Assembly: GCA_964016885.1 (NCBI GenBank)
Contig: OZ024740.1
Span: 295,430,001-295,494,000, forward strand
Length of the DNA stretch: 64,000 nt
From: Eledone cirrhosa
Taxonomy: Eukaryota
Direction of reading: 5' to 3'
Part shown: one piece after another, positions 37,144 to 52,873 of the stretch
How the letters are laid out: each line of letters opens with the position of its first letter
How positions within the stretch are numbered: position 1 is the first letter of the stretch
Translations under genes and position numbers: made by a program
Notes under the pieces: generated by a model
Seen by the model: only the letters and a program-made list of their open reading frames with translations
Database searches by the model: none
What the model was told of the DNA's origin: nothing

Positions 37144-40100
37144 TTTTTTATTTGATGGATCCATTTTTATTTAGGTGATCCATTTTTTATTTGATGGATC
37201 CTTTTTTATTTAGGTGATCCATTTTTTATTTGATGGATCCATTTTTTATTTGATGCATCTTTTTTTATTTAGGTGATCCATTTTTTATTTGATGGATCCA
37301 TTTTTTATTTGATGGATCCTTTTTAATTTAGTTGATCCATTTTTTATTTGATGGATCCTTTTTTTATTTAGGTGATCCATTTTTTATTTGATGGATCCCT
37401 TTTTTATTTGATGGATCCTTTTTTATTTAGGTGATCCATTTTTTATTTGATGGATCCTTTTTTATTTAGGTGATCCATTTTTTATTTGATGGATCCATTT
37501 TTTATTTGATGGATCCTTTTTTATTTAGGTGATCCATTTTTCATTTGATGGATCCATTTTTTATTTGATGGATCCTTTTTTATTTAGGTGATCCATTTTT
37601 TATATGATGGATCCTTTTTTATTTAGGTGATCCATTTTTTATTTGATGGATCCATTTTTTATTTGATGGATCCTTTTTTATTTAGGTGAACCATTTTTTA
37701 TTTGATAGATCCATTTTTTATTTGATGGATCCTTTTTTATTTAGGTGATCCATTTTTTATTTGCTGGATCCATTTTTTATTTGATGGATCCTTTTTTATT
37801 TAGGTGATCCATTTTTATTTAATGGATCCATTTTTTATTTCATGGATCCTTTTTTATTTAGGTGATCCATTTTTATTTGATGGATCCTTTTTTATTTAGG
37901 TGATCCATTTTTTATTTGATGGATCCATTTTTTTAGTTAGGTGATCCATTTTTTATTTGATGGATCCATTTTTATTTAGGTGATCCATTTTTTATTTGAT
38001 GGATCCTTTTTTATTTAGGTGATCCATTTTTTATTTGATGGATCCATTTTTTATTTGATTCATCCTTTTTTATTTAGGTGATCCATTTTTTATTTGATGG
38101 ATCCATTTTTTATTTGATCGATCCTTTTTAATTTAGGTGATCCATTTTTTATTTGATGGATCCTTTTTTTATTTAGGTGATCCATTTTTTATTTGATGGA
38201 TACATTTTTTAGTTGATGGATCCTTTTTTATTTAGGTGATCCATTTTTTATTTGATGTCCCTTTTTTATTTGATGGATCCTTTTTTATTTAGGTGATACA
38301 TTTTTTATTTGATGGATCTTTTTAGTTTAGGTGATCCATTTTTTATTTGATGGATCCATTTTTTATTTGATGGATCCTTTTTTATTTAGGTGATCCATTT
38401 TTTATATGATGGATCCTTTTTTATTTAGGTGATCCATTTTTTATTTGATGGATCCATTTTTTATTTGATGGATCCTTTTGTATTTAGGTGATGCATTTTT
38501 TATTTGATGGATCCATTTTTTATTTGATGGATCCTTTTTTATTTAGGTGATCCATTTTTTATTTGATGGATCCATCTTTTATTTGATGGATCCTTTTTCA
38601 TTTAGGTGATCCATTTTTTATTTGATGGATCCTTTTCTATTTAGGTGATCCATTTTTTATTTAATGGATCCATTTTTTTATTTGATGGATCCTTTTTTAT
38701 TTAGGTGATCCATTTTTATTTGATGCATCCTTTTTTATTTAGGTGATCCATTTTTTATTTGATGGATCCATTTTTTTATTTAGGTGATCCATTTTTTATT
38801 TGATGGATCCATTTTTATTTAGGTGATCCATTTTTTATTTGATGGATCCTTTTTTATTTAGGTGATCCATTTTTTATTTGATGGATCCTTTTTTATTTAG
38901 GTGATCCATTTTTTATTTGATGGATCCTTTTTTATTTAGGTGATCCATTTTTTATTTGATGGATCCACTTTTATTTGATGGATCCTTTTTTATTTAGGTG
39001 ATCCATTTTTTATTTGATGGATCCATTTTTTATTTGATGCATCCTTTTTTATTTAGGTGATCCATTTTTTATTTGATGGATCCATTTTTTATTTGATGGA
39101 TCCTTTTTAATTTAGGTGATCCATTTTTTATTTGATAGATCCTTTTTTTATTTAGGTGATCCATTTTTTATTTGATGGATCCCTTTTTTATTTGATGGAT
39201 CCTTTTTTATTTAGGTGATCCATTTTTTATTTGATGGATCCTTTTTTATTTAGGTGATCCATTTTTTATTTGATGGATCCATTTTTTATTTGATGGATCC
39301 TTTTTTATTTAGGTGATCCATTTTTTATTTGATGAATCCATTTTTTATTTGATGGATCCTTTTTTATTTAGGTGATCCATTTTTTATATGATGGATCCTT
39401 TTTTATTTAGGTGATCCATTTTTTATTTGATGGATCCATTTTTTATTTGATGGATCCTTTTTTATTTAGGTGATCCATTTTTTATTTGATGGATCCATTT
39501 TTTATTTGTTGGATCCTTTTTTATTTAGGTGATCCATTTTTTATTTGATGGATCCATTTTTTATTTGATGGATCCTTTTTTATTTAGGTGATCCATTTTT
39601 ATTTAATGGATCCATTTTTATTTGATGGATCCTTTTTTATTTAGGTGATCCATTTTTTATTTGATGGATCCATTTTTTTATTTAGGTGATCCATTTTTTA
39701 TTTGATGGATCCATTTTTATTTAGGTGATCCATTTTTTATTTGATGGATCCTTTTTTATTTAGGTGATCCATTTTTTATTTGATGTATCCATTTTTTATT
39801 TGATTCATCCTTTTTTATTTAGGTGATCCATTTTTTATTTGATGGATCCATTTTTTATTTGATCGATCCTTTTTAATTTAGGTGATCCATTTTTTATTTG
39901 ATGGATCCTTTTTTTATTTAGGTGATCCATTTTTTATTTGATGGATACATTTTTTAGTTGATGGATCCTTTTTTATTTAGGTGATCCATTTTTTATTTGA
40001 TGTCCCTTTTTTATTTGATGGATCCTTTTTTATTTAGGTGATACATTTTTTATTTGATGGATCTTTTTAATTTAGGTGATCCATTTTTTATTTGATGGAT

Positions 40101-42613
40101 CCATTTTTTATTTGATGGATCCTTTTTTATTTAGGTGATCCATTTTTTATTTGATGGATCCATTTTTTATTTGATGATCCTTTTTTATTTAGGTGATCCA
40201 TTTTTTATTTGATGGATCCATTTTTTATTTGATGGATCCTTTTTTATTTAGGTGATCCATTTTTTATATGATGGATCCTTTTTTATTTAGGTGATCCATT
40301 TTTTATTTGATGGATCCATTTTTTATTTGATGGATCCTTTTGTATTTAGGTGATGCATTTTTTATTTGATGGATCCATTTTTTATTTGATGGATCCTTTT
40401 TTATTTAGGTGATCCATTTTTTATTTGATGGATCCATCTTTTATTTGATGGATCCTTTTTCATTTAGGTGATCCATTTTTTATTTGATGGATCCTTTTCT
40501 ATTTAGGTGATCCATTTTTTATTTAATGGATCCATTTTTTTATTTGATGGATCCTTTTTTATTTAGGTGATCCATTTTTATTTGATGCATCCTTTTTTAT
40601 TTAGGTGATTCATTTTTTATTTGATGGATCCATTTTTTTATTTAGGTGATCCATTTTTTATTTGATGGATCCATTTTTATTTAGGTGATCCATTTTTTAT
40701 TTGATGGATCCTTTTTTATTTAGGTGATCCATTTTTCATTTGATGGATCCTTTTTTATTTAGGTGATCCATTTTTTATTTGATGGATCCTTTTTTATTTA
40801 GGTGATCCATTTTTTATTTGATGGATCCACTTTTATTTGATGGATCCTATTTTATTTAGGTGATCCATTTTTTATTTGATGGATCCATTTTTTATTTGAT
40901 GCATCCTTTTTTATTTAGGTGATCCATTTTTTATTTGATGGATCCATTTTTTATTTGATGGATCCTTTTTAATTTAGGTGATCCATTTTTTATTTGATGG
41001 ATCCTTTTTTTATTTAGGTGATCCATTTTTTATTTGATGGATCCCTTTTTTATTTGATGGATCCTTTTTATTTAGGTGATCCATTTTTTATTTGATGGAT
41101 CCTTTTTTATTTAGGTGATCCATTTTTTATTTGATGGATCCATTTTTTATTTGATGGATCCTTATTTATTTAGGTGATCCATTTTTATTTAATGGATCCA
41201 TTTTTTATTTCATGGATCCTTTTTTATTTAGGTGATCCATTTTTATTTGATGGATCCTTTTTTATTTAGGTGATCCATTTTTTATTTGATGGATCCATTT
41301 TTTTATTTAGGTGATCCATTTTTTATTTGATGGATCCATTTTTATTTAGGTGATCCATTTTTTATTTGATGGATCCTTTTTTATTTAGGTGATCCATTTT
41401 TTATTTGATGGATCCATTTTTTATTTGATTCATCCTTTTTTATTTAGGTGATCCATTTTTTATTTGATGGATCCATTTTTTATTTGATCGATCCTTTTTA
41501 ATTTAGGTGATCCATTTTTTATTTGATGGATCCTTTATTTATTTAGGTGATCCATTTTTTATTTGATGGATCCATTTTTTAGTTGATGGATCCTTTTTTA
41601 TTTAGGTGATCCATTTTTTATTTGATGTCCCTTTTTTATTTGATGGATCCTTTTTTATTTAGGTGATACATTTTTTATTTGATGGATCTTTTTAATTCAG
41701 GTGATCCATTTTTTATTTGATGGATCCATTTTTTATTTGATGGATCCTTTTTTATTTAGGTGATCCATTTTTTATTTGATGGATCCATTTTTTATTTGAT
41801 GGATCCTTTTTTATTTAGGTGATCCATTTTTTATTTGATGGATCCATTTTTTATTTGATGGATCCTTTTTTATTTAGGTGATCCATTTTTTATTTGATGG
41901 ATCCATTTTTTATTTGATGGATCCTTTTTCATTTAGGTGATCCATTTTTTATTTGTTGGATCCTTTTCTATTTAGGTGATCCATTTTTTATTTAATGGAT
42001 CCATTTTTTTATTTGATGGTTCCTTTTTTATTTAGGTGATCCATTTTTATTTGATGCATCCTTTTTTATTTAGGTGATCCATTTTTTATTTAATGGATCC
42101 ATTTTTTTATTTAGGTGATCCATTTTTTATTTGATGGATCCATTTTTATTTAGGTGATCCATTTTTTATTTGATGGATCCTTTTTTATTTAGGTGATCCC
42201 TTTTTTATTTGATGGATCCATTTTTTATTTGATGGATCCTTTTTTATTTAGGCGATCAAATAAAAAATGGATCCATCAAATAAAAAATGGATCACCTAAA
42301 TAAAAAATTATCCATCAAATAAAATATGGATCCATCAAATAAATAATGGATTACCTAAATAAAAAAGGATCCATCAAATAAAAAATGGATCCATCAAATA
42401 AAAAATAGATCACCTAAATAAAAAAGGATCCATCAAATAAAATATGGATCCATCAAATAAAAAATGGATTACCTAAATAAAAAAGGATCCATCAAATAAA
42501 AAATGGATCCATCAAATAAATAATGGATCACCTAAATAAAAAAGGATCCATCAAATAAAAAATGGATCACCTAAATAAAAAAAGGATCCATCAAATAAAA
42601 AATGGATCACCTA

Positions 42614-43701
42614 CTTTAGATAAATAAAAGATACGTCCAAGATCAACAAAAGCAGGTTGTAAAAATTCCGGTCTGCCAGTACCACTAGTCTGTAGCGGTG
42701 AATTGGCAGTATGAGTAGAGGGTCGTACGCCATGCTTTCCAGCATAGTTACGTTCCTTTACGTTCTGAGTTCAAATCCCGTTGAGTTTAACTTTGCCTTT
42801 CATCCTTATGGGGTCGATAAAATAAAGTACCAGTAATGCACTGGGTAATTGCTGGCCTTGTGCCAAAAGTAGAAACAATTATTAGTAAGATCGAGAGGAA
42901 TAAGACAAGTTTAAAGCAGTGTGTTTATAATATAGACTCATGTCCGAGTCATAACATGAAGGGCTTACTCTGCCACACTCTCCAGCTCGTCACAGAAAAG
43001 GCGACCATAATATATACAAGAATGGCTCTCATACATTCTTAGTGGGAATCAAATGAAAGTAGACATCCGTAAGCAATGGCGCTAACTAGTGAAATGAGTT
43101 ACTCTGAGACCACATAAAAAGAAGAAATAAATAAAAAAACATGATGTTTTATGGAAAAGTAATAAAATGTTCTTCCCAAAAAATAATAAAACTCCTAGAA
43201 TTCTATAACTACAGAAATATATGTATATACAAAGATAATAAATGATATATTACAACAGGATCACAAGAACACAGCAACAATAATAATTTTCAGAATGAAT
43301 ATACAAAAAATAATGTAAGTTAAAACAATATGTGACATATTGTTTTACCTTACATTATTTTTTGTTTTAATTATATAATATATAGTATCGTTAATTATAA
43401 TATGTAATAATAATAATATAATTTTCTATTTCAGAGCTCAGCTTTGGAAGAGAGGCTGCTTGCAAGTGTATGGACATATGATCGTGTGCATTCTTGCAAG
43501 AGCATGGAGGATGTGCGACATGACTTCATTGCAAGATTCGGTAAACCAGCTCCTATGAAGAGGACGATACTGCGATGGGAACATAAACTATTTCTCATTA
43601 CTTTTGGTAGGGGGTGACAAGACTTTCGGACCACCTTGTACAACAAATCAGTATAGAATAGGGTATCAGGAGAGTATATGGCAGAACAGGGATATAAATC
43701 A
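42614..43701 (+). repeat. Macro-repeat core, copy 6
   Basis: Near-identical to the other cores. Confidence 0.95.
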
Positions 43702-46700
43702 TTTTTTATTTGATGGATCCATTTTTATTTAGGTGATCCATTTTTTATTTGATGGATCCTTTTTTATTTAGGTGATCCATTTTTTATTTGATGGATCCAT
43801 TTTTTATTTGATGCATCTTTTTTTATTTAGGTGATCCATTTTTTATTTGATGGATCCATTTTTTATTTGATGGATCCTTTTTAATTTAGGTAATCCATTT
43901 TTTATTTGATGGATCCTTTTTTTATTTAGGTGATCCATTTTTTATTTGATGGATCCCTTTTTTATTTGATGGATCCTTTTTTATTTAGGTGATCCATTTT
44001 TTATTTGATGGATCCTTTTTTATTTAGGTGATCCATTTTTTATTTGATGCATCCATTTTTTATTTGATGGATCCTTTTTTATTTAGGAGATCCATTTTTT
44101 ATTTGATGAATCCATTTTTTATTTGATGGATCCTTTTTTATTTAGGTGATCCATTTTTCATTTGATGGATCCATTTTTTATTTGATGGATCCTTTTTTAT
44201 TTAGATGATCCATTTTTTATATGATGGATCCTTTTTTATTTAGGTGATCCATTTTTTATTTGATGGATCCATTTTTTATTTGATGGATCCTTTTTTATTT
44301 AGGTGATCCATTTTTTATTTGATGGATCCATTTTTTATTTGATGGATCCTTTTTTATTTAGGTGATCCATTTTTTATTTGATGGATCCATTTTTTATTTG
44401 ATGGATCCTTTTTTATTTTGGTGATCCATTTTTATTTAATGGATCCATTTTTTATTTCATGGATCCTTTTTTATTTAGGTGATCCATTTTTATTTGATGG
44501 ATCCTTTTTTATTTAGGTGATCCATTTTTTATTTGATGGATCCATTTTTTTATTTAGGTGATCCATTTTTTATTTGATGGATCCATTTTTATTTAGGTGA
44601 TCCATTTTTTATTTGATGGATCCTTTTTTATTTAGGTGATCCATTTTTTATTTGATGGATCCATTTTTTATTTGATTCATCCTTTTTTATTTAGGTGATC
44701 CATTTTTTATTTGGTGGATCCATTTTTTATTTGATCGATCCTTTTTAATTTAGGTGATCCATTTTTTATTTGATGGATCCTTTTTTTATTTAGGTGATCC
44801 ATTTTTTATTTGATGGATCCATTTTTTAGTTGATGGATCCTTTTTTATTTAGGTGATCCATTTTTTATTTGATGTCCCTTTTTTATTTAGGTGATACATT
44901 TTTTATTTGATGGATCTTTTTAATTTAGGTGATCCATTTTTTATTTGATGGATCCATTTTTTATTTGATGGATCCTTTTTTATTTAGGTGATCCATTTTT
45001 TATTTGATGGATCCATTTTTTATTTGATGGATCCTTTTTTATTTAGGTGATCCATTTTTTATTTGATGGATCCATTTTTTATTTGATGGATCCTTTTTTA
45101 TTTAGGTGATCCATTTTTTATATGATGGATCCTTTTTTATTTAGGTGATCCATTTTTTATTTGATGGATCCATTTTTTATTTGATGGATCCTTTTGTATT
45201 TAGGTGATGCATTTTTTATTTGATGGATCCATTTTTTATTTGATGGATCCTTTTTTATTTAGGTGATCCATTTTTTATTTGATGGATCCATCTTTTATTT
45301 GATGGATCCTTTTTCATTTAGGTGATCCATTTTTTATTTGATGGATCCTTTACTATTTAGGTGATCCATTTTTTATTTAATGGATCCATTTTTTTATTTG
45401 ATGGATCCTTTTTTATTTAGGTGATCCATTTTTATTTGATGCATCCTTTTTTATTTAGGTGATCCATTTTTTATTTGATGGATCCATTTTTTTATTTAGG
45501 TGATCCATTTTTTATTTGATGGATCCGTTTTTATTTAGGTGATCCATTTTTTATTTGATGGATCCTTTTTTATTTAGGTGATCCATTTTTTATTTGATGG
45601 ATCCTTTTTTATTTAGGTGATCCATTTTTTATTTGATGGATCCTTTTTTATTTAGGTGATCCATTTTTTATTTGATGGATCCACTTTTATTTGATGGATC
45701 CTTTTTTATTTAGGTGATCCATTTTTTATTTGATGGATCCATTTTTTATTTGATGCATCCTTTTTTATTTAGGTGATCCATTTTTTATTTGATGGTTCCA
45801 TTTTTTATTTGATGGATCCTTTTTAATTTAGGTGATCCATTTTTTATTTGATGGATCCTTTTTTTATTTAGGTGATCCATTTTTTATTTGATGGATCCCT
45901 TTTTTATTTGATGGATCCTTTTTTATTTAGGTGATCCATTTTTTATTTGATGGATCCTTTTTTATTTAGGTGATCCATTTTTTACTTGATGGTTCCATTT
46001 TTTATTTGATGGATCCTTTTTTAATTAGGTGATCCATTTTTTATTTGATGAATCCATTTTTTATTTGATGGATCCTTTTTTATTTAGGTGATCCATTTTT
46101 TATTTGATGGATCCATTTTTTATTTGATGGATCCTTTTTTATTTAGGTGATCCATTTTTTATTTGATGGATCCATTTTTTATTTGATGGATCCTTTTTTA
46201 TTTAGGTGATCCATTTTTTATTTGATGGATCCATTTTTTATTTGTTGGATCCTTTTTTATTTAGGTGATCCATTTTTTATTTGATGGATCCATTTTTTAT
46301 TTGATGGATCCTTTTTTATTTAGGTGATCCATTATTATTTAATGGATCCATTTTTTATTTCATGGATCCTTTTTCATTTAGGTGATCCATTTTTATTTGA
46401 TGGATCCTTTTTTATTTAGGTGATCCATTTTTTATTTGATGGATCCATTTTTTTATTTAGGTGATCCATTTTTTATTTGATGGATCCATTTTTATTTAGG
46501 CGATCCATTTTTTATTTGATGGATCCTTTTTTATTTAGGTGATCCATTTTTTATTTGATGGATCCATTTTTTATTTGATTCATCCTTTTTTATTTAGGTG
46601 ATCCATTTTTTATTTGATGGATCCATTTTTTATTTGATGGATCCATTTTTATTTAGGTGATCCATTTTTTATTTGATGGATCCTTTTTTATTTAGGTGAT

Positions 46701-47861
46701 CCATTTTTTATTTGATGGATCCATTTTTTATTTGATCGATCCTTTTTAATTTAGGTGATCCATTTTTTATTTGATGGATCCTTTATTTATTTAGGTGATC
46801 CATTTTTTATTTGATGGATCCATTTTTTAGTTGATGGATCCTTTTTTATTTAGGTGATCCATTTTTTATTTGATGTCACTTTTTTATTTGATGGATCCTT
46901 TTTTATTTAGGTGATACATTTTTTATTTGATGGATCTTTTTAATTCAGGTGATCCATTTTTTATTTGATGGATCCATTTTTTATTTGATGGATCCTTTTT
47001 TATTTAGGTGATCCATTTTTTATTTGATGGATCCATTTTTTATTTGATGGATCCTTTTTTATTTAGGTGATCCATTTTTTATTTGATGGATCCATTTTTT
47101 ATTTGATGGATCCTTTTTTATTTAGGTGATCCATTTTTTATTTGATGGATCCATTTTTTATTTGATGGATCCTTTTTCATTTAGGTGATCCATTTTTTAT
47201 TTGTTGGATCCTTTTCTATTTAGGTGATCCATTTTTTATTTAATGGATCCATTTTTTTATTTGATGGATCCTTTTTTATTTAGGTGATCCATTTTTATTT
47301 GATGCATCCTTTTTTATTTAGGTGATCCATTTTTTATTTGATGGATCCATTTTTTTATTTAGGTGATCCATTTTTTATTTGATGGATCCATTTTTATTTA
47401 GGTGATCCATTTTTTATTTGATGGATCCTTTTTTATTTAGGTGATCCCTTTTTTATTTGATGGATCCATTTTTTATTTGATGGATCCTTTTTTATTTAGG
47501 CGATCAAATAAAAAATGGATCCATCAAATAAAAAATGGATCACCTAAATAAAAAATTATCCATCAAATAAAATATGGATCCATCAAATAAATAATGGATT
47601 ACCTAAATAAAAAAGGATCCATCAAATAAAAAATGGATCCATCAAATAAAAAATAGATCACCTAAATAAAAAAGGATCCATCAAATAAAATATGGATCCA
47701 TCAAATAAAAAATGGATTACCTAAATAAAAAAGGATCCATCAAATAAAAAATGGATCCATCAAATAAATAATGGATCACCTAAATAAAAAAGGATCCATC
47801 AAATAAAAAATGGATCACCTAAATAAAAAAAGGATCCATCAAATAAAAAATGGATCACCTA

Positions 47862-48949
47862 CTTTAGATAAAAAAAAGATACGTCCAAGATCAACAAAAG
47901 CAGGTTGTAAAAATTCCGGTCTGCCAGTACCACTAGTCTGTAGCGGTGAATTGGCAGTATGAGTAGAGGGTCGTACGCCATGCTTTCCAGCATAGTTACG
48001 TTCCTTTACGTTCTGAGTTCAAATCCCGTTGAGTTTAACTTTGCCTTTCATCCTTATGGGGTCGATAAAATAAAGTACCAGTAATGCACTGGGTAATTGC
48101 TGGCCTTGTGCCAAAAGTAGAAACAATTATTAGTAAGATCGAGAGGAATAAGACAAGTTTAAAGCAGTGTGTTTATAATATAGACTCATGTCCGAGTCAT
48201 AACATGAAGGGCTTACTCTGCCACACTCTCCAGCTCGTCACAGAAAAGGCGACCATAATATATACAAGAATGGCTCTCATACATTCTTAGTGGGAATCAA
48301 ATGAAAGTAGACATCCGTAAGCAATGGCGCTAACTAGTGAAATGAGTTACTCTGAGACCACATAAAAAGAAGAAATAAATAAAAAAACATGATGTTTTAT
48401 GGAAAAGTAATAAAATGTTCTTCCCAAAAAATAATAAAACTCCTAGAATTCTATAACTACAGAAATATATGTATATACAAAGATAATAAATGATATATTA
48501 CAACAGGATCACAAGAACACAGCAACAATAATAATTTTCAGAATGAATATACAAAAAATAATGTAAGTTAAAACAATATGTGACATATTGTTTTACCTTA
48601 CATTATTTTTTGTTTTAATTATATAATATATAGTATCGTTAATTATAATATGTAATAATAATAATATAATTTTCTATTTCAGAGCTCAGCTTTGGAAGAG
48701 AGGCTGCTTGCAAGTGTATGGACATATGATCGTGTGCATTCTTGCAAGAGCATGGAGGATGTGCGACATGACTTCATTGCAAGATTCGGTAAACCAGCTC
48801 CTATGAAGAGGACGATACTGCGATGGGAACATAAACTATTTCTCATTACTTTTGGTAGGGGGTGACAAGACTTTCGGACCACCTTGTACAACAAATCAGT
48901 ATAGAATAGGGTATCAGGAGAGTATATGGCAGAACAGGGATATAAATCA
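47862..48949 (+). repeat. Macro-repeat core, copy 7
   Basis: Near-identical to copy 6. Confidence 0.95.
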
Positions 48950-51900
48950 TTTTTTATTTGATGGATCCATTTTTATTTAGGTGATCCATTTTTTATTTGA
49001 TGGATCCTTTTTTATTTAGGTGATCCATTTTTTATTTGATGGATCCATTTTTTATTTGATGCATCTTTTTTTATTTAGGTGATCCATTTTTTATTTGATG
49101 GATCCATTTTTTATTTGATGGATCCTTTTTAATTTAGGTAATCCATTTTTTATTTGATGGATCCTTTTTTTATTTAGGTGATCCATTTTTTATTTGATGG
49201 ATCCCTTTTTTATTTGATGGATCCTTTTTTATTTAGGTGATCCATTTTTTATTTGATGGATCCTTTTTTATTTAGGTGATCCATTTTTTATTTGATGCAT
49301 CCATTTTTATTTGATGGATCCTTTTTTATTTAGGAGATCCATTTTTTATTTGATGAATCCATTTTTTATTTGATGGATCCTTTTTTATTTAGGTGATCCA
49401 TTTTTCATTTGATGGATCCATTTTTTATTTGATGGATCCTTTTTTATTTAGATGATCCATTTTTTATATGATGGATCCTTTTTTATTTAGGTGATCCATT
49501 TTTTATTTGATGGATCCATTTTTTATTTGATGGATCCATTTTTTATTTGATGGATCCTTTTTTATTTAGGTGATCCATTTTTTATTTGATGGATCCATTT
49601 TTTATTTGATGGATCCTTTTTTATTTAGGTGATCCATTTTTTATTTGATGGATCCATTTTTTATTTGATGGATCCTTTTTTATTTTGGTGATCCATTTTT
49701 ATTTAATGGATCCATTTTTTATTTCATGGATCCTTTTTTATTTAGGTGATCCATTTTTATTTGATGGATCCTTTTTTATTTAGGTGATCCATTTTTTATT
49801 TGATGGATCCATTTTTTTATTTAGGTGATCCATTTTTTATTTGATGGATCCATTTTTATTTAGGTGATCCATTTTTTATTTGATGGATCCTTTTTTATTT
49901 AGGTGATCCATTTTTTATTTGATGGATCCATTTTTTATTTGATTCATCCTTTTTTATTTAGGTGATCCATTTTTTATTTGGTGGATCCATTTTTTATTTG
50001 ATCGATCCTTTTTAATTTAGGTGATCCATTTTTTATTTGATGGATCCTTTTTTTATTTAGGTGATCCATTTTTTATTTGATGGATCCATTTTTTAGTTGA
50101 TGGATCCTTTTTTATTTAGGTGATCCATTTTTTATTTGATGTCCCTTTTTTATTTGATGGATCCTTTTTTATTTAGGTGATACATTTTTTATTTGATGGA
50201 TCTTTTTAATTTAGGTGATCCATTTTTTATTTGATGGATCCATTTTTTATTTGATGGATCCTTTTTTATTTAGGTGATCCATTTTTTATTTGATGGATCC
50301 ATTTTTTATTTGATGGATCCTTTTTTATTTAGGTGATCCATTTTTTATTTGATGGATCCATTTTTTATTTGATGGATCCTTTTTTATTTAGGTGATCCAT
50401 TTTTTATATGATGGATCCTTTTTTATTTAGGTGATCCATTTTTTATTTGATGGATCCATTTTTTATTTGATGGATCCTTTTGTATTTAGGTGATGCATTT
50501 TTTATTTGATGGATCCATTTTTTATTTGATGGATCCTTTTTTATTTAGGTGATCCATTTTTTATTTGATGGATCCATCTTTTATTTGATGGATCCTTTTT
50601 CATTTAGGTGATCCATTTTTTATTTGATGGATCCTTTACTATTTAGGTGATCCATTTTTTATTTAATGGATCCATTTTTTTATTTGATGGATCCTTTTTT
50701 ATTTAGGTGATCCATTTTTATTTGATGCATCCTTTTTTATTTAGGTGATCCATTTTTTATTTGATGGATCCATTTTTTTATTTAGGTGATCCATTTTTTA
50801 TTTGATGGATCCGTTTTTATTTAGGTGATCCATTTTTTATTTGATGGATCCTTTTTTATTTAGGTGATCCATTTTTTATTTGATGGATCCTTTTTTATTT
50901 AGGTGATCCATTTTTTATTTGATGGATCCTTTTTTATTTAGGTGATCCATTTTTTATTTGATGGATCCACTTTTATTTGATGGATCCTTTTTTATTTAGG
51001 TGATCCATTTTTTATTTGATGGATCCATTTTTTATTTGATGCATCCTTTTTTATTTAGGTGATCCATTTTTTATTTGATGGTTCCATTTTTTATTTGATG
51101 GATCCTTTTTAATTTAGGTGATCCATTTTTTATTTGATGGATCCTTTTTTTATTTAGGTGATCCATTTTTTATTTGATGGATCCCTTTTTTATTTGATGG
51201 ATCCTTTTTTATTTAGGTGATCCATTTTTTATTTGATGGATCCTTTTTTATTTAGGTGATCCATTTTTTACTTGATGGTTCCATTTTTTATTTGATGGAT
51301 CCTTTTTTAATTAGGTGATCCATTTTTTATTTGATGAATCCATTTTTTATTTGATGGATCCTTTTTTATTTAGGTGATCCATTTTTCATATGATGGATCC
51401 TTTTTTATTTAGGTGATCCATTTTTTATTTGATGGATCCATTTTTTATTTGATGGATCCTTTTTTATTTAGGTGATCCATTTTTTATTTGATGGATCCAT
51501 TTTTTATTTGTTGGATCCTTTTTTATTTAGGTGATCCATTTTTTATTTGATGGATCCATTTTTTATTTGATGGATCCTTTTTTATTTAGGTGATCCATTA
51601 TTATTTAATGGATCCATTTTTTATTTCATGGATCCTTTTTCATTTAGGTGATCCATTTTTATTTGATGGATCCTTTTTTATTTAGGTGATCCATTTTTTA
51701 TTTGATGGATCCATTTTTTTATTTAGGTGATCCATTTTTTATTTGATGGATCCATTTTTATTTAGGCGATCCATTTTTTATTTGATGGATCCTTTTTTAT
51801 TTAGGTGATCCATTTTTTATTTGATGGATCCATTTTTTATTTGATTCATCCATTTTTATTTAGGTGATCCATTTTTTATTTGATGGATCCATTTTTTATT

Positions 51901-52873
51901 TGATCGATCCTTTTTAATTTAGGTGATCCATTTTTTATTTGATGGATCCTTTTTTTATTTAGGTGATCCATTTTTTATTTGATGGATCCATTTTTTAGTT
52001 GATGGATCCTTTTTTATTTAGGTGATCCATTTTTTATTTGATGTCCCTTTTTTATTTGATGGATCCTTTTTTATTTAGGTGATCCATTTTTTATTTGATG
52101 GATCCATTTTTTATTTGATGGATCCTTTTTTATTTAGGTGACCCATTTTCTATTTGATGGATCCATTTTTTATTTGATGGATCCTTTTTCATTTAGGTGA
52201 TCCATTATTTATTTGTTGGATCCTTTTCTATTTAGGTGATCCATTTTTTATTTAATGGATCCATTTTTTTATTTGATGGATCCTTTTTTATTTAGGTGAT
52301 CCATTTTTATTTGATGCATCCTTTTTTATTTAGGTGATCCATTTTTTATTTGATGGATCCATTTTTTTATTTAGGTGATCCATTTTTTATTTGATGGATC
52401 CATTTTTATTTAGGTGATCCATTTTTTATTTGATGGATCCTTTTTTATTTAGGTGATCCATTTTTTATTTGATGGATCCATTTTTTATTTGATGGATCCT
52501 TTTTTATTTAGGCGATCAAATAAAAAATGGATCCATCAAATAAAAAATGGATCACCTAAATAAAAAATTATCCATCAAATAAAATATGGATCCATCAAAT
52601 AAAAAATGGATTACCTAAATAAAAAAGGATCCATCAAATAAAAAATGGATCCATCAAATAAAAAATAGATCACCTAAATAAAAAAGGATCCATCAAATAA
52701 AATATGGATCCATCAAATAAAAAATGGATTACCTAAATAAAAAAGGATCCATCAAATAAAAAATGGATCCATCAAATAAATAATGGATCACCTAAATAAA
52801 AAAGGATCCATCAAATAAAAAATGGATCACCTAAATAAAAAAAGGATCCATCAAATAAAAAATGGATCACCTA

